Of a stretch of 64,000 bases of DNA, positions 41,515 to 53,083 are shown piece by piece (the stretch's first letter is position 1; every line of letters starts with the position of its first letter). Below the pieces are notes generated by a model that worked only from the letters and a program-made list of their open reading frames with translations, was not told the origin of the DNA and ran no database searches. Source of the stretch: an uncultured Planctomycetaceae bacterium (GTDB taxonomy: Bacteria > Planctomycetota > Planctomycetia > Planctomycetales > Planctomycetaceae); assembly GCA_963813715.1 (NCBI GenBank), contig CAWFAK010000017.1:928001-992000 (forward strand), written 5' to 3'. Made by a program: the position numbers and the translations under genes.

Positions 41515-42072
41515 TCACTGCAGGAGCTGGTTGATCGACGCGAGAATCTCGGTCGGTTCGGCCATCCGTCCGGGGCCAACTTCCCGACAGCTCTGCCAAC
41601 CGCTTCCCGGTTCGACGAAGTGAAATCCGTCTTCACGGAGACGAGCCAGGTTGCGTTGCACCGCCGCCTTGGCCCACATCTCGGCGTTCATTGAAGGAGC
41701 CAACAGGATGGGCCGCGTAACAGTGAGGATTAACGTCGATAAGAGGTCGTTGGCGTGGCCGTGAGCGACCCGGGCCAGGAAATCGGCCGTCGCCGGGGCA
41801 ACGACCAGGATCTCGCATCGCCGGGCCAGTCCGATGTGTTCACCCAAAAAGTGTTCGCTGGGCGAAAACAGTGAACCGTGGACCGGCCGTGTGGTGAGCG
41901 CCTCGAACGTCGTCTTGCCGATGAATTTGCGGGCGGCGCGAGTCAGAACCACCGACACCGACGCCCCCGCTTGAACGAGCTTGCTCGTCAAGTCAGCCGA
42001 CTTATACGCGGCGATCCCCCCGCTCACGCCGAGCAGGATTTCACGCCCCTTGAGCGAACTGCCGGAGGTCAT
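41515..42072 (-). CDS. coaC: Phosphopantothenoylcysteine decarboxylase (standalone CoaC)
   Basis: [29 protein letters not shown] and [10 protein letters not shown]. Confidence 0.92.
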   Translation of the reverse strand: MTSGSSLKGREILLGVSGGIAAYKSADLTSKLVQAGASVSVVLTRAARKFIGKTTFEALTTRPVHGSLFSPSEHFLGEHIGLARRCEILVVAPATADFLARVAHGHANDLLSTLILTVTRPILLAPSMNAEMWAKAAVQRNLARLREDGFHFVEPGSGWQSCREVGPGRMAEPTEILASINQLLQ

Positions 42073-42134
42073 GGTTTATCGGCAGGCCGAGCCTGCCCTC
42101 GGCCTCAATCGCGACAACAACTGCGGAATTGATC

Positions 42135-42398
42135 TTAGAGATCGTCGAGGCTGGGCCCCGTGTCGCCGACGTCAGGGCTTTCGTCCGAAGACACCGCCAG
42201 GTTGCCCGACGCGTCGAGGAAGATTTTGTCCTGCATGATCTCGGCGACGACGATTTCCATCTGGTTTTTCGTCGGCAACTCGACCAGCGGGCGAGCCCCG
42301 CGATTGAGGGCGACGAGCCGCTTCTGGATCAGCGCCGAGAGCTTGAACCGCCCCCCGACCTTGTTGACGATCATCTCTTCTTTAAATTCAGGCAGCAT
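42135..42398 (-). CDS. rpoZ: RNA polymerase omega subunit
   Basis: [29 protein letters not shown]; conserved gmk-rpoZ-coaC/coaB order. Confidence 0.88.
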   Translation of the reverse strand: MLPEFKEEMIVNKVGGRFKLSALIQKRLVALNRGARPLVELPTKNQMEIVVAEIMQDKIFLDASGNLAVSSDESPDVGDTGPSLDDL

Positions 42399-43003
42399 TC
42401 AGCTCATTCTCCCGTGTCATCAGAATCTGCGCGATTTCGCCGACCGCGCTGTCCAGATTGTCGTTGATCACCTGGTGACGATAAAAGCCGGCCGAGGCGA
42501 GTTCGTCGCGGGCAATCTCCATGCGCCGCCGGATCGTGGCCTCGCTCTCCGTGCCGCGGCGTCGCAGCCGCTGCTCGTATTCCTCCGGGGAGGACTGCGC
42601 TCAGAAAGATCGTCACGGCGTCCGGATATTGCTCGACGATCCGACGGGCCCCCTGGACGTCGATCTCCAAGAGCGCCCAGGCCCCTGCCCGGGCAGCCCG
42701 GTCAAGCTCCGTCCTTAACGTACCATACCAGTATCCCGACCCGAATACCTCCGCGTACTCGAGGAATTCCCCCGTCAGGCGTTTTCGCTCGAAGTCGGCA
42801 GGCGCCAGAAAATAGTAATCCCGCCCTTCGGCCTCGCCGGCGCGAGGCGGGCGGGTGGTCGCTGAAATCGCTTTGACGAGCCGAACCGGAGCCTGCTCAA
42901 CGAGGCGGTTGACGATCGTCGACTTCCCGGACCCGCTGGGACCGGAGAGGACGACGACGCGCGCGTTTTCCTCGACGCTCCCGTCTCCACTCGACCTGTC
43001 CAC
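42388..43003 (-). CDS. gmk: Guanylate kinase (frameshift near 42595)
   Basis: [28 protein letters not shown] and LEIDVQGA; the C-terminus ([15 protein letters not shown]) is in another frame. Confidence 0.93.
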
Positions 43004-43040
43004 TCCGCCACTCACCCGGACCCCCACAACGAGCGTTCCC

Positions 43041-43926
43041 TCATTCGACATTCTGCACCACTTCGCGAATCCGTTCGATCGCCGATTTGATTTCGACGAC
43101 GGCGTGGGCCACCTGCACATTGTTGGCCTTCGAGCCGATCGTGTTCGCCTCCCGGACCATTTCCTGTGTCAGAAATTCGAGCTTGCGTCCTTGCGACTGC
43201 GGCTCGCGGACAAAGGCCTGAAATTGATCGATGTGCGACCGCAGCCGCAGAATTTCCTCGCCAATGTCGCAGCGGTCGGCATAGACACTAACTTCGCGGA
43301 TCAGGTCCGCCGGCTGCAGCGTCGCGTCGGTTCCCCTGAGCAGCTCCCGGACCCGCTCGTGCAGCTTGTCCCGAAATTCGCGGACGATGTCCGGGGCCTT
43401 GACGGCAATCTCGTCGAGCTGCGTGCTCACCACTTTCAAATTGGCTTGCAGGTCCTGGGCCATCGAAGCGCCCTCGGCCGCACGGAACTCGCGCAGCTTC
43501 TTCAGCGCCTGCGCGGAGGGACGATTCGATCACCGGCCAGGCTTCACGGGGGTCAGATCGGGACGCGTCACCCTCGGCCACAACGCCCGGCAATCCCAAC
43601 AGCCCAGTCAAGTCGTGCGGCGCTGCCTGGCCGAGGGACGCCGAGAGACCGTTGAGTTCCTCCCAATACAATTTGAGCACAGCCGCGTCGAGCCGATACC
43701 CGAGCGAGGCTCCGATTCCGTCGACTCGCAGTAGCACGTTGACGGTGCCGCGCGTGATCGACTCGCGCACGACCCGCTCAATCTCCCCTTCCAGGGGCTG
43801 AAAGCGTTCGGGCGACTTCACCACCATTTTGAAATGGCGGTTGTTGACCGAACGGACTTCGACGGCAACGCACAGCCTTTCATCCTGGCCGCGAAAATCG
43901 CCAAAGCCCGTCATGCTCAACAGCAA
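43041..43926 (-). CDS. yicC: YicC/YloC family endoribonuclease (frameshift near 43515)
   Basis: [48 protein letters not shown] and REVVQNVE. Confidence 0.92.
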
Positions 43927-44080
43927 GGCCGCCCACCTTCCGCTCAAAAACCTTCGAGCACCAGCCAGAGGCTTTTTACCTCGGGGGTTCCCGCCGCGCG
44001 GCTTTCAAACCTAGCCCCGCATGGAGTCGCACGCGCTCGCGACAAAAGACGCCCCGGGGCCCGTCATCTCGTTCGCGCCG

Positions 44081-44587
44081 TTATTTTGTCGGCGCCGGCG
44101 GATTGGCCGGAGTCGTTGTTGTCGCCTTTTTTCGTCGTCGCCGGAGCGTTTTGATCCTTGCCGGGGCGCTCGATTTTTGCGGAGGCGTCGTGGTTGTTTT
44201 CGGCGATCCTTTGGATGTTGGCGCAGCCGTATCGTGGCTCCCCGCCTCGAACTCACTGTCCTTGCCAGGGTTCGTCGGCACCGCCTCGCCCTCCGCGGCG
44301 GCGTCCTTCGACTCGGTGACTTTCGACTCGAAGCGAGTCTTGCCACTTTCGTACGTCATGGCGTAGCCGGTGAGTATCGCCATGATCACCCAGACGAGCG
44401 CAATACCAATCGTGATGCGCGTGAATACGTCGCCGGCCTTGGTGCCGAACGCGCTTTGGCCGCCCGCGCCGCCAAAGGCCCCGGCGAGACCACCCCCGCG
44501 GCCCCGTTGCAACAGAATCACGAAGATCAGCAACAGCCCCACAAACATAAACACAATTGAGGAGATATCAGTCAGGATATGGGTCAT
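44081..44587 (-). CDS. secG: Preprotein translocase subunit SecG with a long C-terminal tail
   Basis: [36 protein letters not shown]; downstream of tpiA. Confidence 0.92.
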   Translation of the reverse strand: MTHILTDISSIVFMFVGLLLIFVILLQRGRGGGLAGAFGGAGGQSAFGTKAGDVFTRITIGIALVWVIMAILTGYAMTYESGKTRFESKVTESKDAAAEGEAVPTNPGKDSEFEAGSHDTAAPTSKGSPKTTTTPPQKSSAPARIKTLRRRRKKATTTTPANPPAPTK

Positions 44588-45384
44588 GCATTCCCTTCCG
44601 CGCCCTGGGTCGCAGTTGCTGCCGCGTCGATAATGGGCTGAAAGCTCTCGACTTTCAGACTCGCACCGCCGACGAGTGCTCCATCGACGTCGGGTTGCGA
44701 CAACAGCTCCAGCGCATTCTTCGCGTTGACGCTTCCGCCGTAAAGTATGCGCATGCTCTGGGCGCGCCGCGGATTGTAGCGATCAGCCAGCCACTTGCGA
44801 AGGTAGAGGTGCACGTCTTGGGCTTGCTGGGGGGTGGCGGTCCGGCCGGTCCCGATGGCCCAGACCGGCTCGTAGGCGATCGTGAGATGCTCGCACACGG
44901 TTTCGGGGAGATCCCGGAGGCCGCCCGCCAACTGGGTGTCAAGGAGCGTTTCGGTTTGGTTCGATTCGCGCTCGGCGAGGTGCTCGCCCACGCAAAGGAT
45001 CGCATTCAGCCCGCCGGCGACAGCGGCTGCGACCTTTCGCTGCAGCAAGGAGTCGGTCTCGCCCAGAATATGCCGGCGTTCGCTGTGGCCAATGATCACG
45101 TAGCGACAGCCAACGTCGGTGAGCATGTTGACCGCGACTTCGCCCGTAAAGGCTCCGGGCGGCTCAAAGTAAACGTCCTGGGCTCCGAGGCTGACGGAAC
45201 TCCCCTCAATCGCAGCAGCGACCGCGCAGAGGTAGGGAAACGGCGGGCAGACCAGAACGTCAACGCCGGTACGGAGGGCCGGCGCGATTTGGGCGGTCCC
45301 TCGCGCCAATTCGACGGCGCTCTCGCGCGTCGTGTTCATCTTCCAGTTGCCGGCCACGAGCTTGCGACGAGACGGTTCGCTCAT
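44584..45384 (-). CDS. tpiA: Triosephosphate isomerase
   Basis: [29 protein letters not shown] and [10 protein letters not shown]. Confidence 0.97.
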   Translation of the reverse strand: MSEPSRRKLVAGNWKMNTTRESAVELARGTAQIAPALRTGVDVLVCPPFPYLCAVAAAIEGSSVSLGAQDVYFEPPGAFTGEVAVNMLTDVGCRYVIIGHSERRHILGETDSLLQRKVAAAVAGGLNAILCVGEHLAERESNQTETLLDTQLAGGLRDLPETVCEHLTIAYEPVWAIGTGRTATPQQAQDVHLYLRKWLADRYNPRRAQSMRILYGGSVNAKNALELLSQPDVDGALVGGASLKVESFQPIIDAAATATQGAEGNA

Positions 45385-46640
45385 TCCAGCGGCTCGCTCC
45401 GCGGGTAAGAACCGAGCACTTCCATGCGGATGGCTCGGCGGGCCAGCTCCTCGAGGGTTTTCTTGGTCCGCGCTTCGTTCAGATGGCCTTCAAAGTCGAT
45501 GAAGAACAGGTAGCCGGTCTCCGGCCCACGGAGCGGGAAAGATTCGATCCAGCTCAGGTTGAGCTTGTTCTTCTTGAACGACTGCAAGGAGTCCGACAGA
45601 GAGCCAGGCTCGTGGGGGATTTGCAGCAGGACGGCCGTGCGGTCGTGGCCGGAAGGCCGCGTTTGCTGGTCGCCAATCACTGCGAAGCGAGTGACATTGT
45701 TGGCGTTGTCTTCGATCTTCTCCGCCACGACCTGCAGATCGTATTCGACGGCCGCCTGGCGGCTGGCCACCGCTCCGACGCCGGGCTTGTCACGGGCCAG
45801 TTGTGCTGCGGTCGACGTGCTGGTGACTTCGATCAGGCGGGCCTGCGGCATATTCCGCGACAGCCATTCGCGACACTGCGAAAGTGCCTGAGGCTTGCTG
45901 TAAATCTCGGTGATCTCGCTCCGCGGCGACTTGGAGCACAGGTTGTGGTGCACGGCGATCTGGACTTCGCCGCAAATCCGGAGAGGCAACCGGGTAAACA
46001 TGTCGAGCGTGTCGACAATCCGACCGTCGGTGCTGTTTTCGATCGGGACCAGACCGAAATCGGCGTGTCCGCGATTGACCTCCTCGAAAACCGAGGCGAT
46101 CGTGCTGACCGGGATAAGGTCGGCCGACTCGCCGAATCGCTCGATCGCCGCCAGGTGCGTAAAGCTGAACTGCGGTCCCAAATAAGCCACGCGGTGGGTT
46201 TTGACCTTCTGCCGCGACGCGCTGAGGATTTGGCGGAAAACTCCCCGCACAGCCATGATCGGCAGGGGACCTGGGTTCGCAGCGGTCAGCTCTTGCCAGA
46301 GCAAATCATCGCCGTGCAAGTCGAAGACGGCCGCACTCCGATCCGGAGCGCTTTCGAGCAGCCGAATCGTCCCCTCCGCTCGCTTGTTGATCAGTTGCAG
46401 AATCTGTCGATCCAGGCTGCGAAGCGAGGCCTCCAGTCCGCCGGTCGCCTTCCGCGGCTCGCCGGCGGGCTTTTCCCTTTCGGTCGCGGGCTGGGCTTGG
46501 CCATTGCGTTGCGGAGATGGTTTCTTGACCAAAGCCTTGGCCTGGGGCGGCTTTGGGAGCCGTGAGACGGGACGGCTTGGGCCCTTTTTCGCCAGAGCAG
46601 GCTTCGGCACACGCTTGGTCGCGACCGGTTTTTTGGCCAT
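45381..46640 (-). CDS. pheA: Chorismate mutase/prephenate dehydratase with a Lys/Pro-rich N-terminal extension
   Basis: [39 protein letters not shown] and ACT domain IESFP. Confidence 0.93.
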   Translation of the reverse strand: MAKKPVATKRVPKPALAKKGPSRPVSRLPKPPQAKALVKKPSPQRNGQAQPATEREKPAGEPRKATGGLEASLRSLDRQILQLINKRAEGTIRLLESAPDRSAAVFDLHGDDLLWQELTAANPGPLPIMAVRGVFRQILSASRQKVKTHRVAYLGPQFSFTHLAAIERFGESADLIPVSTIASVFEEVNRGHADFGLVPIENSTDGRIVDTLDMFTRLPLRICGEVQIAVHHNLCSKSPRSEITEIYSKPQALSQCREWLSRNMPQARLIEVTSTSTAAQLARDKPGVGAVASRQAAVEYDLQVVAEKIEDNANNVTRFAVIGDQQTRPSGHDRTAVLLQIPHEPGSLSDSLQSFKKNKLNLSWIESFPLRGPETGYLFFIDFEGHLNEARTKKTLEELARRAIRMEVLGSYPRSEPLE

Positions 46641-47080
46641 TGCTTTCCCTACACTCTCGTTCGGCGGGCCGGAACTGTGCCTGGCAGGGAGGTTCGAACG
46701 GCGCCCACGCGTAGCTGTACCCGTTCGTAACCGCGCGATTAACTGCGCTGCAAAGCCCTGGTGCAAATAATCTTAAGTTAAATTCGACCGGCGCGAACGA
46801 AGACAGGTGTCGGGTCGGATCGCGAGGCGGATCGAGGAAGCGTCCGATACCCGTCCGATCTCCCTAAATTGGGCATCGATTTTCGTTTGTACAGACGGCC
46901 AGAAAGAGTGTCAAGCAACCGAGACGTGCTTAACTGCAAGACTGGCAAGCGGATCGCGCCACGCGTGCAAACGCGGATCTGATTACGACCCGACGCGCGC
47001 AGAATTGATGCAAGACAATGGCATTAAACATCTTACATCAGATGGAACGGGGTCGCCTGGGAATTTCACCAAAAAGCCCC

Positions 47081-48395
47081 TCACCCGGTCAATTCGCCAT
47101 CCAAGGGATGGAGAGTGGCCAGGGAAAGCGTGCACTCACCAGGGAGCGGGCGCGAATTTCGCTCGTCATCACCAACGCCGCCGCTTTGTTCGATGTCCTC
47201 GATCCACTGCCGGACATCGGCATGGTACTCGCTCGAGAGATCGCCCTTCACGAGTTGTCGCATGAACTCCGCCGCACCGTCCTCTGCCAAGTCGGCAGCT
47301 TCGGCACTCGGAAAACGTCGCGACGGATCGGGATCGACCAGCCGGCGGATTAGCTTAATGAGCGGCTCGCTATAGGCGAATTCCTCCGGCGGCAAGAGCT
47401 TGGGAAGTCGCTCTAGGATCTGCCTCTTGGCGCGCAGCAGCTCGGCGAACCGTGATTTGCCCGCGAAGGGCTGCTCGCCGCGGAGCATCTCCAGGAGGAC
47501 GTAACCAAGACTTGCCAAATCCGACTGCGGCGAACCGGGCTTGCCCTCGAGAACCTCGGGAGCCGCATAGGCCGGCGTGCAACGGCCGGCGGGTGGCGAA
47601 TCGTAGAGATCGAACGCCGACCCGACGTCAATGATCTTCGTGCTGCCGGTTCGCTTCAGCATGATGTTGGACGGCTTGAGGTCCGAGTGGACGATCCCGT
47701 CGCGATGCAAGGCTGCCACTGCCGCCAGACAGCCGCGCAGCACAGAAATCGCGATTCCCGGTTTGAATCGCAGCGATTCTTTGCCCTGGGTCACGGTAAA
47801 GCTGTTGATGTGTTCCCAGCGTTCGGCAGTGACATTCGCGGATCTGCTCGAAGACGCGAGGCCGGCAGAGCCGCTGCAAGTCGTAACCGTCGACCCACTC
47901 CATCTCGAGCAGGCGAATTCCTCGGTGCTTGATAAAGTTGTGGACGTCGACCAGATTGTCCTGTTGGATGCGGGCCACGCGGCCGGCCACGCTCGCGATC
48001 CGGGCCATTTCGGTTTCGTAACTGCCAACGTCGTCGTAGGGCGCGGGCGAAAAGACCTTGAGCGCGACGCGACGCTGAAAGTCGTCGGCGCCGAGCCGTT
48101 GGCTTAGAAACACAATTCCCTGGCCGCCCGTTCCGAGGCAGCGCAAGAACGGTCGACGCGACACCCAAACGAGCTCTTGCCGTTTGAGGATCGTTTCGTA
48201 GCGGGCGATGAGCGGATTGGCGCGCACGGCGGCCGCACCTTTTTTCGGGGCAGCTTTCAGAGAGACACTTCCTTGTTTTGACAGCTCACAGCGAAAAGGA
48301 TCCGAGAAGACAAAAGCTTCCGTTGCTTCGATCTCGGGACCACCAGCTGTGGCTGAATTGAGCGGAGTCATTTTAGCGGTCACACTACTTCGCAT
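47081..48395 (-). CDS. Hanks-type Ser/Thr protein kinase (frameshift near 47830)
   Basis: LGTGGQGIV, VALKVF, MEWVDG, HSDLKPSN, DVG, TPAYAAPE and SDLASLG. Confidence 0.88.
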
Positions 48396-48534
48396 CCACG
48401 GGGTTATCCCTTACTTGTTGCACACATGCCCAGACATCCCAATCTGCCTCGAGGTTCGGGCCGCCGGAGTAATTCAGAACGGCCAAAGTGCGACGCGGCA
48501 GAGGTTTGCACGAAATCGGCTCGCGCCGCCGCGC

Positions 48535-48564
48535 TTGACAGCGCGCGGGCACTTTGCAAACAAT
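48535..48564 (+). promoter_or_regulatory. Candidate sigma70 promoter
   Basis: TTGACA (48535-48540), 18-nt spacer, AACAAT; RBS AAGGAG precedes ATG 48608. Confidence 0.4.
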
Positions 48565-48607
48565 CGCGCCGACATCTTAGCGCAAATTTTTTCAAGGAGA
48601 GACAACG

Positions 48608-48808
48608 ATGAGCGGACCGATCGTACGGACAGGCACCACTCCCAAATTCTGGCAGAACTGGGACCAGGTGTTCGGCAAGGGCCGGAAGAAGTCGACCTCG
48701 GGCGAAACGAAATCCTCCGCAGCGAAGCCCACCAAAAGCATGAAAAAGTCCTCCACCAAATCGGCCGCGGGTAAAAAAACCAAGAAGACGGCCGGGAAAA
48801 AGAAATAG
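48608..48808 (+). CDS. Small Lys-rich hypothetical protein
   Basis: Strong RBS; MSGPIVRTGTTPKFWQNWDQVFGK followed by a histone-like K/S/T/A tail. Confidence 0.75.
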   Translation: MSGPIVRTGTTPKFWQNWDQVFGKGRKKSTSGETKSSAAKPTKSMKKSSTKSAAGKKTKKTAGKKK

Positions 48809-48812
48809 GATC

Positions 48813-50444
48813 GTGCCTTATCGTTACACGGCGGCACGCGACGACCCATTTTCCGGAACCAGTCTCCGGTTGCGGATCGTGGTGACGGCCGCCGTTTTTG
48901 CGTCGTTCGCCCTCAGTTCGTTCGTCCGATACCCGCTTCCGGGGCCCAACGAACCGCACTACCTCTGCAAAGCCAAGCACTATTGGGATCCGGCGTGGTG
49001 CGCTCGAGATTTCTTTCTTGAGTCATCCAACGCGCACTTGGTTTTTTTTCAGACTTTCGGATTGCTCACGCGTTGGCTGTCGCTCGATGCGACGGCATTC
49101 ATCGGGCGATTGGTGGGCCTCCTGATATTCGCGACGGGTTGGACCCTGCTGGTCCACACCCTGGTCCCCGCCCGTTGGCCGCCGCTGTGGGCTGCCTGGA
49201 TCTATTTGCTCATCGCCGCCTGCGCGGGCAATCTAAGCGGCGAATGGCTGATCGGCGGCATCGAGGCGAAGGTCATCGCCTATGGTCTGCTGTTCGCCGC
49301 CATGGCTTGCTGCACACAGGCCCTTTCTACGCGGAATCCCCGTTCGTTGCTTGTTGCCGGAGTTCTGATCGGCATTGCCATCAGCTTTCATCCGGTCGTG
49401 GGAATTTGGGGGGCCGCGTGCGGAGTTTTTGCCACACTCGGCGTTCTTATGTTGGGCCCTAGGTCATCTGAAACAGGAACGCGTAAGCTGTCTTGGCGAT
49501 CGATCATCGCCGCGTGTGCGAGCGCCGGGCTCCTGGGAATCCCGGGGATCGTGGCTGGACTCCGCGCGACGAAGGGCAGCTCGTTCGAGGCGGACTACAT
49601 CCAGGTTTATTATCGTCTCGCCCACCATCTCGACCCGCTCCATTTCGCGACCACAGCGTGGACCATTTATGCCGTGCTGGCGCTCACGTGGCTGGTCGGC
49701 CGCTGGTTCATGGCCCGCCGAGTCGAGGAGTCCTGGTTCGTCTGGTTCGTCGTCGGCAGCACGCTGATCGCGGCCTGCGGATTACTTGTTGGCTGGAGGC
49801 ACGGTCCTCCCGAGAATATCAAGAACTATTCCTTTCCCTGGTTGATCGATGTGTCGCTGCGGTGGAAGCTTCTCAAGCTCTACCCGTTTCGTTTGGTCGA
49901 CGCGATGTTGCCGATTGCAGTCGCGCTGACGGCTGCCGGACTTCTCCGTCGCGGGTGCGAGTTCGTATGTCGGTGGCCGGGCATCGCACGGAAGGTCGGC
50001 GTTGTGGGACTTTGGTTGGCCTGCGGTGTCCCCGTGCTGACGACCTTGCATCTGGCAGACGACGCGCGGCCCACTTTCGATTCGGACGAACTCGCCGATT
50101 GGTACGATGTCTGTCGGTGGACGCGGGATCACACCCCGCCAGACACACTGATCCTCGCGCCCGTGCAGGAAAGCTGGGCATTCAAGTGGTACGCGAAGCG
50201 CGCCGAATTCGTTTCGTTTAAGGACTGCCCGCAGGATGGCCCTGGAATCATCGAGTGGAACGAGCGGCTCCTGTTTCTGCGGAATTGGTCGGAAGCCAGC
50301 CTGCCGGACGGCTACTCCCGCGCCGAGGTCGACGTGTTGCGCAAACAGGGCATCGCTTACATCATCGCCCGGCGTCTCGGGCCGTTTAATTTTGACCCTG
50401 TTTACGTGAACGACACGTTTCGGGTCTACGAGCTCACGCCCTAA
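48813..50444 (+). CDS. Polytopic membrane protein, DUF6798-like (possible GT-C glycosyltransferase fold)
   Basis: NEPHYL..KHYWDPAWCARDFFL, GEWLIGGIEAK, FHPVVG, RLAHHL, FKWYAKRAEFVSFKDCPQD; many TM helices. Confidence 0.65.
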   Translation: MPYRYTAARDDPFSGTSLRLRIVVTAAVFASFALSSFVRYPLPGPNEPHYLCKAKHYWDPAWCARDFFLESSNAHLVFFQTFGLLTRWLSLDATAFIGRLVGLLIFATGWTLLVHTLVPARWPPLWAAWIYLLIAACAGNLSGEWLIGGIEAKVIAYGLLFAAMACCTQALSTRNPRSLLVAGVLIGIAISFHPVVGIWGAACGVFATLGVLMLGPRSSETGTRKLSWRSIIAACASAGLLGIPGIVAGLRATKGSSFEADYIQVYYRLAHHLDPLHFATTAWTIYAVLALTWLVGRWFMARRVEESWFVWFVVGSTLIAACGLLVGWRHGPPENIKNYSFPWLIDVSLRWKLLKLYPFRLVDAMLPIAVALTAAGLLRRGCEFVCRWPGIARKVGVVGLWLACGVPVLTTLHLADDARPTFDSDELADWYDVCRWTRDHTPPDTLILAPVQESWAFKWYAKRAEFVSFKDCPQDGPGIIEWNERLLFLRNWSEASLPDGYSRAEVDVLRKQGIAYIIARRLGPFNFDPVYVNDTFRVYELTP

Positions 50445-50454
50445 GGAATGCGCC

Positions 50455-51944
50455 GTGCGCGAAAACTTGGACCGATCGCGAATCGATAAAGTGCCGGCGA
50501 TATTGCGCAGCCTGCTGGCCCTGGCGATGGTCGGAGCGTTGGCATCGACCGTCCGCGCTCAATCCAAAGTCGAGAGTGTTGCTCCGAAGCCCGCGCAGGC
50601 TGCCCTCGATTGGCCGGCCTTTCTTGGCCCCTCGGGTACCGGAGTGACGGCGGACGCCGGGTTGGCCGATCATTGGCCGAAGGGCGGCCCGCCGATTCTT
50701 TGGAGCAAAAAGATCGGGTCCGGGTATTCGGCTCCGTCGGTGCGCGCGGGCAAGCTGGTCTTCCACCATCGCCTGCACAACGAATCGATTGTCGAGTGCC
50801 TCCACGCAGACACCGGAAAGTCGATTTGGAAGGTGAGCTACGAGAGCACCTTTTCCGACCCTTACGGCTACAACAATGGTCCGCGCTGCACCCCGCTTTT
50901 GACCGAAAAGTACTGTTACACGTTTGGGGCCGAGGGGAAATTGCTGTGCGTGGAGCTGGCCACGGGCCGGCACGTCTGGGCCCGGGACGTCTCCAAGGAT
51001 TTCAACGTTCCGCAACACTTCTTCGGCACGGGCTGCACGCCGATCCTCGAAGGAGACTTGCTGATTGTCCTCGTGGGCGGACAGCCGAACTCGGGCGTGG
51101 TGGCGTTTGCGCGACTACGGGCGAGATCGTCTGGGAAAGCGTCGGCAAAAGCACTTGGAACGGTATCGAAACGGATTGGCCCAACGAACCCAAATACCGC
51201 TGGACGGGCGAAGAGATGTCCGTCAGCTACTCTTCGCCCATCGTCGCTACGATCCACGGCAAACGGCAGATCGTGTGCTTGATGCGGCAGGGGCTCGTCT
51301 CCGTCGATCCGCGCGACGGCCACGTGAATTTTCGATATTGGTTCTGCTCGCGCGACTATGAATCCGTGACGGCCGCGCGACCGGTCGTGATCGGCGACAA
51401 GATTTTTATTTCGGCCGCTTACCGGGTTGGTTCGGCATTGCTGGAGGTTCAGCCCGCCGGCGATTCGGTGAAAGTGCTCTGGCGCAATCGCGAGAATCTG
51501 CTCGCGCACTGGTCCACGCCGATCTATCGCGACGGTTTCCTTTACGGATTCAGCGGCCGGCACGAATCCGAAGGCGAGCTGCACTGCGTCGAGCTGGCCA
51601 CCGGCAAAGTCGCCTGGGCAACACGGGGATACGACTCCGTCAACGACCTCGGACTCGATCAGAAAACCGGCGGATTCATCAACCGCCTCACCGGCGAGGC
51701 GATTCCCTTCCCGTTTTTCGGCCGCGGCTCACTGACACAGGTTGGCGGTCGCTTCCTGGTGCTCGGCGAACGCGGCACGTTGGCGCTCGCGCAGCTCTCG
51801 CCGCAGGGCTATAAGGAACTCGCCCGGGCCTCGTTCAAAGACATCCAGTACCCGGTCTGGCCCAGCCCCGTGGTGACGGGCACCAAGGCCTATCTCCGCG
51901 ACGAAAACACGCTGCTATGTTTGGAGCTGGGGAGCGAAAAGTGA
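50455..51944 (+). CDS. PQQ-binding-like beta-propeller protein (frameshift near 51110)
   Basis: Signal peptide, DWPAFLGP, GSGYSAP, repeated TGK..W blades, YSSP and WPSPVV..YLRD. Confidence 0.88.
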
Positions 51945-51963
51945 CCCGGGAGTGAAGGCCGCT

Positions 51964-53083
51964 CTAGGACCCCACTCCGTTGCGCAGCACTTCGCGATAA
52001 AGATCGGCATGGGCGGCGACCATGCGTTCGATGCTGAACTGGGACCGCATCCGCTCGCGGCCGGCGGCACCCAATCGCTGGCCCAGGGACGGGTCGGCGA
52101 GAATGCGATCGGTGAACTGGGCCATGCCGACGCTATCGCCGACGCGGACCAGAAAGCCCGTTTCGCCGTCGACGACCAGCTCGCGGTTGGGTGGAATGTC
52201 CGTGGCGACCACGGGCACGCCCGCGGCCATCGCCTCCATCACGCTGTTGGACATCCCCTCGAATTCGCTCCCCAGCCAAGAGACCTGACAGAGGGCGATC
52301 AACTTTGCCGCGTCTTCACGGTAGCCGGCGAAACGGATCAAATGCTCGCAGCCGACGTGTCGCGCGAGCGCGATCAAGTCGTTGCGCTCAGGGCCCTCAC
52401 CAACCAACAAGAGGTAGACGCGATCGGTGAGCTGCTGCAAGAGTTGCATGGCCCAAATTAAGTCTTTGACCCGCTTTTGCCGCGCCAGGCGCCCAACGAA
52501 CCCGATCACGCGCGACCCGGCTGGAATCTGGAGTTCGCCGAGCAGGCGGTCTCGATCGGGCGGCGGCGCATCGGGGATCTGCGACGCCGTTGGGAATGAC
52601 CGTGATCTTGCCGCTCGGGACGCCCAGACCTTTGTAGAACTCGGCAACGCTGGCCGAGTTCCCAACCAGCCGCGTTGTACGTCCGATTTGTTTCCGATCG
52701 AGCCAGAGCTGCCAGCCACTTTTCCACGAGTCGACGCAGCGCTCGGAGACGACAACTTTGGGCCGCGGTCCCCTCCCCGTCACGAGCCGGCCGTAGGCGT
52801 TAGCCGCAAAGATCCAGGAATGCAGAATGTCGGGTTGCTCCGCGTCGAGCAACGATTTGAGCCGCCACAACGCGACTGGGTCGACGCGCATCCGCTTCTT
52901 GAGATTGGAGAGCCGCACGCCGGCGTCGCGCAGCACCGATTCATAGGGGCCGCTCCGCGTGAGCGTGACGGCGTGCACGTCGAATTCGTCGCGGGGCAGC
53001 CGCGTGGCCAGCAGGCTGAACTGCTTTTCGGCCCCGGAGCGGTCCAGCGTGGGGATGAACAGCAAGAGCTTGATCACGGGCAT
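51964..53083 (-). CDS. Glycosyltransferase family 4 (frameshift near 52580)
   Basis: SGAEKQ, VIPNGV, VGRLARQKR and EGMSNSVMEAMAAG. Confidence 0.9.

Noticed and set aside
40831..42072. Split coaC and coaB as a frameshift artefact or novelty
   Set aside because: Each has its own start and stop with a 48-bp gap, and separate CoaB and CoaC proteins are known in several lineages.
46641..47080. Leader peptide/attenuator or ncRNA upstream of pheA
   Set aside because: No Phe-rich leader ORF or convincing terminator/antiterminator pair was found.
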